DNA of 64,000 nt from the IMG/VR virus record IMGVR_UViG_3300005805_000070, positions 1 to 64,000 of that record; one strand, written 5' to 3'. Shown here in pieces: positions 41,301-49,300 of this stretch; positions within the stretch are counted from its first letter, which is position 1, and each line of letters starts with the position of its first letter. Under the pieces are notes generated by a model, which was given only the letters and a program-made list of their open reading frames with translations, was not told the DNA's origin and did not search any database. This DNA comes from a virus (Duplodnaviria > Caudoviricetes). Both the position numbers and the translations under genes were made by a program.

Positions 41301-43923
41301 GTGGAATTTCAGAAGTAACTGTAATAATATTAGTTACTGCATTAAACGAGCAAGTTGAAATAAATCTTGGATTTCTATTATAAAGGTAATCACTTGTCGT
41401 TAAAGAACCAAGTGTGAAATCAGAATCGCTTCTTGCACCAGTTGCACTAGATTCCTGGATTACAAAAGCTTCATTTGGATCTCTTGCATTTACAACTTCC
41501 TTAGGAATTACAAGTCTAACTTTATAAATTTTCTCATCCAAACTTCTTGGATCATTAAATCTCTTGAAGAATGAAACCTGAGTTCTTTCAGTTAGTACAG
41601 ATGGTCCTAGAATATTAATAGTTTGATAAATTTGGTTTCCAGCATTTACGTGCAAGTACCAAGCAGAATTGGGAATATCAAATTGAATTGGGGAACCAAC
41701 ATCACCTGGATTTTTATCTGATACTCTACTTACAATCTTTAGCTTTGTTCCCTTATAAATTGTAAGAGTTACTGGAGTTGCCGCCTCAGCATTAGTTCTT
41801 GAAGATGCAATTTTAATCTGGTTGGCATTAAGTCTAACCGCATAGTAAACCGTATTTTCTTCAACGTTTTCTGGTAAATCTCCATCATCACTAATGATTC
41901 TAATTTTTTCACCAGTCTGAATATCGTGTGCTGGGATGGTAAAAATACTACTGGAAGGTTCAGAAGTTGGATATAGTTTTTCTGAATTAATGGTTCCTAA
42001 CGCAACAGTTGATCCTGCTCCGATTAGGTTATTTACCATGTAAACGTTTGCTTCACTAATTCCGTATCCAACATTAGTGGAGAAATCTACATAGAGTTTA
42101 TCATTTTTTCTTGCACCAACTCTATATCCCTGTGTAATGACAGGTGGTGGAACATCAGAATTATTAAATCCAAAGAGATATAAGTGACTTGAAATACCTA
42201 CTGTTTTTGTTTTATTAACATCGAGAGCAATCCAGTCAATATTATTTTCTACTAAAGTAATTGCTCTTGGTGGAATAATTGATGTAATGAAAGCTTTATT
42301 ATCTTTATCAAATGCATCTGCTTTGAATCCATCTGCAGAAAGTGAGAATTGACCAAAGTTTGAGTTTGAGTTGGTAATCGATGCGTCACCACCAGATCTT
42401 ACATCGAAGTGTTTGTTAAATCCAATAGCAAAAACAGAAACGACCTGAATGAATGAATCGTTCGAAATTTTAATATGGCTTGGTTGCCAACCCTCTCTAT
42501 AAACTGCTTCAGAATCTAAGTGATAAACCGTATTAATATTGGTAGAAGAAGATTGTGCAGAAAGATCAGCTCCTGTTACTTTTGTGACTGTAATTCCATC
42601 ATATACTCTATTTGATTCATTATATTTTACAAATGCACGGTCGTCTTTTTGTAGAGACACAGCAGTAAACTGTGCAACAACCATAGAACGGAAACCTGAT
42701 GCTTTACTACCATCGGCATGCATACCCTGCATACCCCAAACAGATCTTAGAGATACGTTAAAGACATATGGTGATGCACCAGATACAGTATCAGTTTCAA
42801 TAGTAACTGATGCGGATGCGGCACTTAATCCTGCTGCAGATCCTGCAGGAAGATTATCTCTTACGAATGGTAATAGATATGTGAATTTCTTAGGATCATT
42901 ATCATCGACAGTTGCGACTTTTGTTGAGATATTATAATCGTCTACGTTTACTCCACGAATCTTAATTGGTGTTCCAGCGGTTAATCCATGAGCAACTGCA
43001 GTTGTAACAGTAACAATTTGCCCAGGTGTTGCACCATCACCAGAGATGATTGCAGAAATGTTTACTGGGTCTGTTGCAAATGCACCAACAATTTCCCATT
43101 CTGGGCGCTGTTTTGCAAATCCACCCGATTGGTTTGGATACTTTTGATCAATATCTCTACCAGATGCCAAGTTAAAAGCATTTGATAGTTTGCTATAGTA
43201 CATATCAAGATCAGTGATGTCATATCCAGTTGGGATATTGACACCATCAGCATACTCAAAGCAAGTTAGCTTATGGTGAGAGAATGTTGGTGTTGATTGA
43301 TTATTTTCTGAAAAATCAATAGGGTCAGTATAAACTAAACCACTTTCATTACCATCAAAAATAGAGAACTGCCAGAAATAACAAGCACCAGTAATTCTGA
43401 AAATGCAACTAGGATCAACTATAGAATCAGTTGGATTTGGTACATATTTTGCACGAATTTTTGTTTTTCTTAAGTCTAATCCAACAAGAGAAGTTCCACG
43501 TGGAACTACAATACCACCATATATGCTATTAAACTTATAAAGAATATTAGAAGACTGGTTTAAATCAAAATTAGAAGTGAGGGTTAAACTTAATTCATCT
43601 GAAGCAACTGTTTCTGATCCATTAGGAGCAACTGCTTTAGCAACACCAGAAACCGATTTAATACCATAACCAGGTCTGTTATCAATTACGTGTTCTCCTG
43701 GGAACAAGAGAATTGTTGTTTTTTCGGTAACGTCGTTATCGTTACCTCTAAAATATGAAAATCTTGCCGATTCTAAAAGAGCTCTTTGAATCGTTTTGAA
43801 AGGTTTCGTTAATGAGTTGCCCTGATTATCAATACTGTCAGTAGCATCGAGGTCATTAGGATTTACATAAAGAATACGTCCTTCTGTATTCTTAATAAAG
43901 TTCTCTAGTTTATTCAGTGGCAT
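38380..43923 (-). CDS. large tail fibre/baseplate protein with C-terminal peptidase S74 intramolecular chaperone
   Basis: SDERLKTNI...GVSAQQV...YEKLVPLLIEAIKEL; ATAAATA at 43957-43963. Confidence 0.85.
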   Translation of the reverse strand: MPLNKLENFIKNTEGRILYVNPNDLDATDSIDNQGNSLTKPFKTIQRALLESARFSYFRGNDNDVTEKTTILLFPGEHVIDNRPGYGIKSVSGVAKAVAPNGSETVASDELSLTLTSNFDLNQSSNILYKFNSIYGGIVVPRGTSLVGLDLRKTKIRAKYVPNPTDSIVDPSCIFRITGACYFWQFSIFDGNESGLVYTDPIDFSENNQSTPTFSHHKLTCFEYADGVNIPTGYDITDLDMYYSKLSNAFNLASGRDIDQKYPNQSGGFAKQRPEWEIVGAFATDPVNISAIISGDGATPGQIVTVTTAVAHGLTAGTPIKIRGVNVDDYNISTKVATVDDNDPKKFTYLLPFVRDNLPAGSAAGLSAASASVTIETDTVSGASPYVFNVSLRSVWGMQGMHADGSKASGFRSMVVAQFTAVSLQKDDRAFVKYNESNRVYDGITVTKVTGADLSAQSSSTNINTVYHLDSEAVYREGWQPSHIKISNDSFIQVVSVFAIGFNKHFDVRSGGDASITNSNSNFGQFSLSADGFKADAFDKDNKAFITSIIPPRAITLVENNIDWIALDVNKTKTVGISSHLYLFGFNNSDVPPPVITQGYRVGARKNDKLYVDFSTNVGYGISEANVYMVNNLIGAGSTVALGTINSEKLYPTSEPSSSIFTIPAHDIQTGEKIRIISDDGDLPENVEENTVYYAVRLNANQIKIASSRTNAEAATPVTLTIYKGTKLKIVSRVSDKNPGDVGSPIQFDIPNSAWYLHVNAGNQIYQTINILGPSVLTERTQVSFFKRFNDPRSLDEKIYKVRLVIPKEVVNARDPNEAFVIQESSATGARSDSDFTLGSLTTSDYLYNRNPRFISTCSFNAVTNIITVTSEIPHNLKVNDIIAIKNVSSTTNTPATLNKGYNGTFKVLSITNDKTFTHSSTDIFDVLHVPGVFTNNVTNRSTTLPRFERKDHKGNFYIYRNETITPYIYSVQDGVYYLYVVNSSNAVPEEFTDLKFSQSIVDLYPQLDNDNIDDNPPAAASFAKRAPLGDVVTSDLKKSITRETADKIHTYFGIVPIVSGVSDSGTSATLTFSREHGLSGVVTYTSLIGGSGHSQGTYQNVKLYSDSILTSWKGATARVTVNSSGAVTSADVITGGSAYATGETLYFDSTQIGGTPSGRMTITTAGISTSVGNVVQLTGIGTTASNHYRITSVPSSTTISIAKTAGDGSPVVGQYIINGGPSIVVNSNTYDTLTGVTTFVCASAHGLVSGNRFDVLDSNNNNVGSFLVDEKVGINTFTSVTGKNVGSVKFVLKNVLSSNELTADSSGENLGSRSVSFYQNETAILLSDITSQTSFPIRVPNSGIGTTRRFELGSYIQVDNEIMRIVSSTLSGSGNNEITVIRGSLGTLIENHGATSLIKKIRPLPVELRRPSVLRASGHTFEYLGYGPGNYSTGLPQIQNRTLNEREDFLAQAQSSSCGSAIYTGMNSDGDFFVGNTKYSASSGQQVTFAIPVSTVTGQDPSRLSVVYDEVIIKERLLVEGGNSGTVLSQFDGPVTFNKELKINDSTIMNDTLKVNNTVEITDGTQSNSKDTGAFILDGGAGIEKNVYIGGNLNITGVVTCTNTLQSNSKDTGSIIFEGGVGIEKNVYIGGNLNVTGVSTYVGNAYFQNDVRLEDNDSLFLGNNDDLEIVHDGSNSIIKDTGTGDLYLQGSSAVRITSPLATENYAIFNENSSVQLFFDNSQKFATTNTGISITGEITSTGDITAFASDERLKTNIEPIEGALNKVLSLSGFTYNFNELGESLGFYTKDRHVGVSAQQVQAVLPEAVAPAPVNGDYLTVKYEKLVPLLIEAIKELKAEIDELKGSK

Positions 43924-43962
43924 TGGAATATATTATTCTGGAGGATGTCTATCCTTTATTTA

Positions 43963-44265
43963 TCAAGTCAGATCTTCCTCATCATAGACATAATAATCAT
44001 CGTCGGGCATATCTTCTGGGTTCTCCAACTCAATTGAAAAAAGGCAAGGATGTACCTGTTCGTCTATAAGATAAAAAGAGTTTTTATATAGATCATCTGG
44101 TTCAAATGTGCGATTCTTATCTGCTTCTCTACAAAGATCTTGATCGTACAAATGTCCGTCAGGAAGTTCGTCAAACGTGAAAGGAACGTGATTGATAAAG
44201 TACATCTTCACAATCATACTGCCGTTATTGTACCAGCAGTATGCGTGATCGATACGATAAGACAT
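43963..44265 (-). CDS. conserved cyanophage hypothetical protein
   Basis: Track, start trimmed to MSYRID; ATAAATA at 44286-44292. Confidence 0.75.
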   Translation of the reverse strand: MSYRIDHAYCWYNNGSMIVKMYFINHVPFTFDELPDGHLYDQDLCREADKNRTFEPDDLYKNSFYLIDEQVHPCLFSIELENPEDMPDDDYYVYDEEDLT

Positions 44266-44298
44266 AGGAAACTTCCCATATCTTATATTTATTTTTGA

Positions 44299-44373
44299 TA
44301 GCGGTGGCGAGATTCGAACTCGCACTGTATTGATTTTAAGTCAACTGCCTGCTGCCGATTGGGCTACACCGCC
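44299..44373 (-). tRNA. tRNA-Leu(TAA) with short variable loop
   Basis: Acceptor GGCGGTG/CACCGCT, anticodon arm GTTGA-ctTAAaa-TCAAT, T-loop TTCGAAT. Confidence 0.85.
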
Positions 44374-44412
44374 GATGGGACCATCATAACTCTTGGAGTC
44401 GTAATGGTCAAG

Positions 44413-44485
44413 TGCCCGTTGCGTGGATCGAACACGCCTAAATTCGATTATGAGTCGAGTCCTTTCACCAGATAGGTAAACGGGC
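44413..44485 (-). tRNA. tRNA with CAT anticodon (elongator Met or Ile2)
   Basis: GCCCGTT/AACGGGC, CTCGA-ctCATaa-TCGAA; lacks the initiator GGG/CCC stem. Confidence 0.85.
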
Positions 44486-44488
44486 AGG

Positions 44489-44576
44489 TACGAGTGCCTG
44501 GATTCGAACCAGGTCAAAGCCGCTAATCTGGCGGAAAGAGTTTATAAGACTCCTCTGACTACCAAGTCTCACTCGC
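44489..44576 (-). tRNA. tRNA with TAT anticodon (Ile), long variable arm and atypical D arm
   Basis: GCGAGTG/CACTCGT, GGAGT-ctTATaa-ACTCT, CCTGG-TTCGAAT-CCAGG. Confidence 0.75.
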
Positions 44577-44584
44577 TTCTGCGT

Positions 44585-44758
44585 TTATGATGCTTCGTTA
44601 TTACACTCAGTGTGTATTCGTACAAAGTCATCATCCGCAGGTATCATAACTGCTGCCTGCCCATTCTCGTTGATTATACCTAATCGCTCTCCGTTCTCAA
44701 CACGTTCCATCAGTTCATCAAACCTCTCTTGAAATTCTTCCACCGTGAAAACTTCCAT
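44585..44758 (-). CDS. 57-aa Phd/YefM antitoxin-like protein
   Basis: Hand-translated MEVFTVEEFQERFDELMERVENGERLGII...AVMIP. Confidence 0.6.
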   Translation of the reverse strand: MEVFTVEEFQERFDELMERVENGERLGIINENGQAAVMIPADDDFVRIHTECNNEAS

Positions 44759-44789
44759 TCGTTTCTTTTTCGATATTTATATTATAGCA

Positions 44790-44990
44790 TCACTCGCCGT
44801 AAATGGCAAGATCAGCATACTCAATCTGTTCAGGGTCAAGTTGAGCAGTGACAACTTCCAGTACGTTCATAAACTCTTCAACAGTATCACATTCAACCAG
44901 GCGCTCATTACCTTCATCACTAATCAGTAGGAAAGTACGAGTACAAACATCAATTACAATACCCAGTACGCTTTCTTGTGTGATGCTCAT
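44790..44990 (-). CDS. conserved small hypothetical protein
   Basis: ORF track; downstream of a promoter. Confidence 0.75.
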   Translation of the reverse strand: MSITQESVLGIVIDVCTRTFLLISDEGNERLVECDTVEEFMNVLEVVTAQLDPEQIEYADLAIYGE

Positions 44991-45016
44991 TAGGTGGTTC
45001 CGTTGATTACCCCCAT

Positions 45017-45045
45017 ATTATAGAGGGTCTTGGGTGAGGTGTCAA
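45017..45045 (-). promoter_or_regulatory. consensus sigma70 promoter TTGACA-N17-TATAAT for the small-ORF/tRNA operon
   Basis: -35 at 45040-45045, -10 at 45017-45022. Confidence 0.8.
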
Positions 45046-45049
45046 GTCT

Positions 45050-45766
45050 TCAGTTAAGAGCTTTAACTTCAACGGCAAAGTCCAACGCATCAGCACCTGG
45101 TTCGTTAATAGTCACCACTTGAGTTGTATTATAGTTTCTATAATAATCTCTCCAAGCACCACCACTAAAAATAAATCCATTAGTAACAGTTCTCCAAGAT
45201 CCCAAATGAAAAACATTATTTGTAGTTATAGTTCTCCATGCACTTAGGTGAAAAACAAATAAACCTCTTTTTATCCTCTGCCCAAAAACTGAAGCAGCAT
45301 AAGGATATAAAGTAGCTCCACCCAAAACTGTTGATCCTGCATTGATTGTTGCTTGGGCAGCTTGTGGATTTAATGGCGAAAAAGAAGCAATTGGAAATGG
45401 ATTAGCAATTGGATTAACAAGACCTTGAAATCGAATATCTTGCCATTCAATAACATAGTCTGTATTTGTGGTTGCAGTAACGTTAACTTCAGTTCCAGTA
45501 AATCTTGTTGGTGAATTATTTCTCTGTGGTGCTGGATCTGGTAAAACACTTATGTTTGTTGTGTAATGAGATGTTCCAGTAGCACTACTTGCATCAACAT
45601 AATTTTTGTAAATATTATAAGTCGTACCACCAGGTCCTAATCCCTGAAACCCCATTCGATAAAAATTACCAGCACTACTACAAGCAGAAAATCGAATGCT
45701 AGTTGTTCCAGCGTTAACTCTTAATCTAAAGTTACCTGCTGTTGGTTCGTAAAAAAATGCTGCCAT
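45050..45766 (-). CDS. fibre-associated protein with repeated W-R motifs (HLSAWRT, HLGSWRT, GGAWRD)
   Basis: ORF track and context. Confidence 0.65.
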   Translation of the reverse strand: MAAFFYEPTAGNFRLRVNAGTTSIRFSACSSAGNFYRMGFQGLGPGGTTYNIYKNYVDASSATGTSHYTTNISVLPDPAPQRNNSPTRFTGTEVNVTATTNTDYVIEWQDIRFQGLVNPIANPFPIASFSPLNPQAAQATINAGSTVLGGATLYPYAASVFGQRIKRGLFVFHLSAWRTITTNNVFHLGSWRTVTNGFIFSGGAWRDYYRNYNTTQVVTINEPGADALDFAVEVKALN

Positions 45767-45768
45767 TA

Positions 45769-46350
45769 TTAAACGTAATAATTTTCAGGAGATGGTTCTT
45801 CTGGCCAAAAAGCATCATCTATTTGCCATTCATATTCATCAATATTAATCGTTTCTGGCATATCTCTTAATGCCTGGCGATAATTTTTAAATTCTTCACT
45901 TAATGTTAATCCCTTTTCTAATGCTACGGTGACAACCCAATCAGTTGAATTCAACAAAAGTAGTCTTTTTGATTTTATAACTTCAATTTTAGTAATTCTT
46001 TCTTGAATTTTTTCTTCTTCAGTGAATTCGACATGAGAATATGTTTTTGTAACACTATTATCTGAATTAATAATCCATTCTTCAAATGGATTAGTCACGA
46101 TTTTATATCCTTTTCTTTGCTCTATGTGAGACTCGTGAATTCTTCTCCACCCCTCATTATAGAAGAGGTAGTCATCACAAACATAAGCTTTATTTTCGTA
46201 ATACCATCCAGGATGTGGTAATTCTTTTTCTTGTTCTGGATTCCAATAAAATTTAGAACCTTGTTCGTAATTATATTCTTGAGTATATGCTGGGAGAATA
46301 TCTGGTTTCCAATATTTTTGTTGTAATTGTTGATCAAACTGCCAAGACAT
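45769..46350 (-). CDS. tail fibre assembly chaperone-like protein
   Basis: C-terminal RLLLLNSTDW...YRQALRDMP motif. Confidence 0.8.
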   Translation of the reverse strand: MSWQFDQQLQQKYWKPDILPAYTQEYNYEQGSKFYWNPEQEKELPHPGWYYENKAYVCDDYLFYNEGWRRIHESHIEQRKGYKIVTNPFEEWIINSDNSVTKTYSHVEFTEEEKIQERITKIEVIKSKRLLLLNSTDWVVTVALEKGLTLSEEFKNYRQALRDMPETINIDEYEWQIDDAFWPEEPSPENYYV

Positions 46351-46396
46351 TTATATACCTCAAAATTATAATTTTAACATATTTATTGAATAAAAA

Positions 46397-49300
46397 TCAA
46401 TACTGATACCAAATATCACCATTGTTTCCACCACTTGCACCTGCTGTAGAAACCGTTCTTGTTCCGTAAGCATTACTTGTTGATGCAATATTAATGGTTG
46501 TTCCAGAAGAAACAGTAATTGGGTTTGTTCCACCATAACTGGTTTGGTTAACTGTAATCGTAACGTTTGTTGAACCTTGTAGACCCTGGTTTCCAAATGA
46601 TCCCTGAGCACCTTGAGTTCCTTGTCCACCAACTCCACCAAAAGCACCTTGTAAACCTTGAAGACCTTGACGTCCTTGAGTTCCTTGAGCACCTTGAGCA
46701 CCATTTCCACCAAATAAACCTTGAGTACCTTGAGCACCTATTCTTCCTTGAGCACCTTGAGCACCTTGTGCTCCAGTGCCACCAAATTGGCCTTGAATAC
46801 CCTGAGCACCTATTAAACCTTGAGCACCTTGAGTTCCTTGTCCACCAACTCCACCAAAAGCACCTTGAAGTCCTTGAGCACCTATAGAACCTTGAATACC
46901 TTGAGCACCTTGTGCTCCAGTGCCACCAAATTGGCCTTGAATACCTTGTCTTCCTTGAGCACCTTGAGCACCTTGAGCACCTTGAGCACCAGCACCTGGA
47001 GATCCTTGTAAACCTTGTCTACCTTGAGCACCCTGAAGTCCTTGAATTCCTTGAGCACCTTGAGCACCAGAACTACCAAGTATGCCTTGAAGTCCCTGTA
47101 ATCCTTGAGTTCCTTGAGCACCCTGAGCACCAACACCACCAAACGTTCCTTGAACACCTTGAAGACCTTGAGCACCTTGAGCACTTAAACCACCTTGCAG
47201 TCCCTGAGCGCCTTGTCTCCCCTGAGCACCTTGAGCACCTGCACCTTGAAGACCTTGTAATCCTTGACGTCCTTGAAGACCTTGAGCACCTTGGGTTCCT
47301 TGAGCACCAATATTTCCTTGAATACCCTGAGCACCTTGAGTGCCCTGAGCACCTTGGGCACCCACACCACCAAATGTTCCCTGAGCACCTTGTAAACCTT
47401 GAGAACCTTGAGCTCCCTGTGCTCCCTGTGCTCCCTGAACACCCGAACCTTGTACACCTTGAGCACCCTGTCTTCCTTGAAGACCCTGAGCACCTTGAGT
47501 GCCCTGAGCACCTTGAGCACCACCAGATCCAGATAAACCTTGAAGACCTTGTAAACCCTGAGATCCTTGTGCTCCTTGGGCTCCTTGAATGCCTTGAGCA
47601 CCCTGTCTTCCTTGAAGACCTTGAGCACCTTGGGTTCCTTGAGAACCTTGCATTCCTTGAGTTCCTTGAGCACCTTGCCCACCAACACCACCAAATTGCC
47701 CTTGGATACCTTGAGCACCCTGTAGACCTTGGGTTCCCTGCAATCCTTGAATGCCTTGAGCACCCTGTCGTCCTTGAAGACCCTGAGCACCTTGAGTTCC
47801 TTGAGCACCTTGTAGTCCTTGTGTGCCTTGAGCACCCTGGGCACCTACACCACCGAAAGTTCCTTGTAATCCTTGAGCACCCTGTAGACCTTGAGTTCCT
47901 TGAGCGCCTTGTGCTCCTTGAGTTCCTTGTGCTCCTTGAGTTCCTTGGAGTCCCTGGAAACCTTGAGTTCCTTGAAGACCCTGCAATCCTTGGCGACCTT
48001 GAGCACCCTGTAAACCTTGAGATCCCTGAAGACCCTGTAATCCTTGAAGACCTTGAGTTCCCTGAGCACCTTGAGCACCTATAGAACCAAAAGTACCTTG
48101 TGATCCTTGAGCACCTTGAAGTCCTTGATTTCCTTGTAACCCCTGAGTTCCCTGAGCACCTTGGGTTCCCTGCAATCCTTGTAATCCCTGATTTCCTTGT
48201 AAACCTTGAGTACCTTGAGCGCCTTGAGCACCAGTTCCACCAAAAGTGCCTTGAGTTCCCTGTAAACCTTGCAATCCCTGAGTTCCCTGGGCACCCTGCA
48301 ATCCTTGGCGACCTTGAGCACCCTGTAAACCTTGAGTTCCCTGAGCACCTTGTAGTCCTTGCAACCCTTGAGTTCCCTGAGCACCTTGGGCACCAGTAGT
48401 ACCATCTGTTCCTTGTAAACCTTGTCTACCTTGTAAACCTTGTAATCCCTGAGTTCCCTGAGCACCCTGAAGTCCTTGAGTTCCCTGCAATCCCTGGAAT
48501 CCTTGAGTTCCCTGAAGACCCTGCAAACCTTGGCGACCTTGAGAACCCTGAAGACCTTGAGTTCCCTGCAATCCTTGGAAACCTTGGACTCCTTGGAGAC
48601 CTTGGAGACCTTGGAGACCTTGGGTTCCCTGTAATCCTTGTAATCCCTGATTTCCTTGTAAACCTTGAGTTCCTTGAGCACCTTGGGCACCAGTTCCACC
48701 AAAAGTTCCCTGTAAACCTTGAGCACCCTGTAAACCTTGAGAACCCTGAAGTCCCTGTAATCCTTGAAGACCTTGAGTTCCTTGAGTTCCTTGCAATCCT
48801 TGGAAACCTTGAACACCTTGAAGTCCCTGTAATCCCTGAAGACCTTGAGTTCCTTGTAATCCTTGTGCTCCTTGTAAACCTTGAACACCTTGCAATCCTT
48901 GGGCACCTTGAGAACCTTGAAGACCAGTAAATCCGCTAAGACCTTGAGTTCCTTGAGCACCTTGCAATCCTTGAATGCCTTGTAATCCCTGAAGACCCTG
49001 AGTTCCCTGAGCCCCTTGTGTTCCTTGAGCTCCTTGTAGCCCCTGAGAACCTTGAAGTCCTTGTAATCCCTGAAGACCTTGAGTTCCTTGAGTACCCTGT
49101 AATCCTTGGGCGCCTTGAGTTCCCTGAGCACCTTGTGTTCCTGTATCTCCACCTAGACCTTGAGTTCCTTGAAGACCTTGTAAACCTTGGGTTCCTTGTA
49201 AACCTTGAGTTCCTTGTAAACCTTGAGTTCCTTGAGCGCCTTGTGCTCCCTCCATTCCTTGAACACCTTGTGTTCCTTGAGCACCTTGCGCTCCCTCCAT

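Noticed and set aside
44374-44412. Hairpin between tRNA genes as a fourth tRNA or ncRNA
   Set aside because: Only a 39-nt stem-loop; more likely a processing or termination signal
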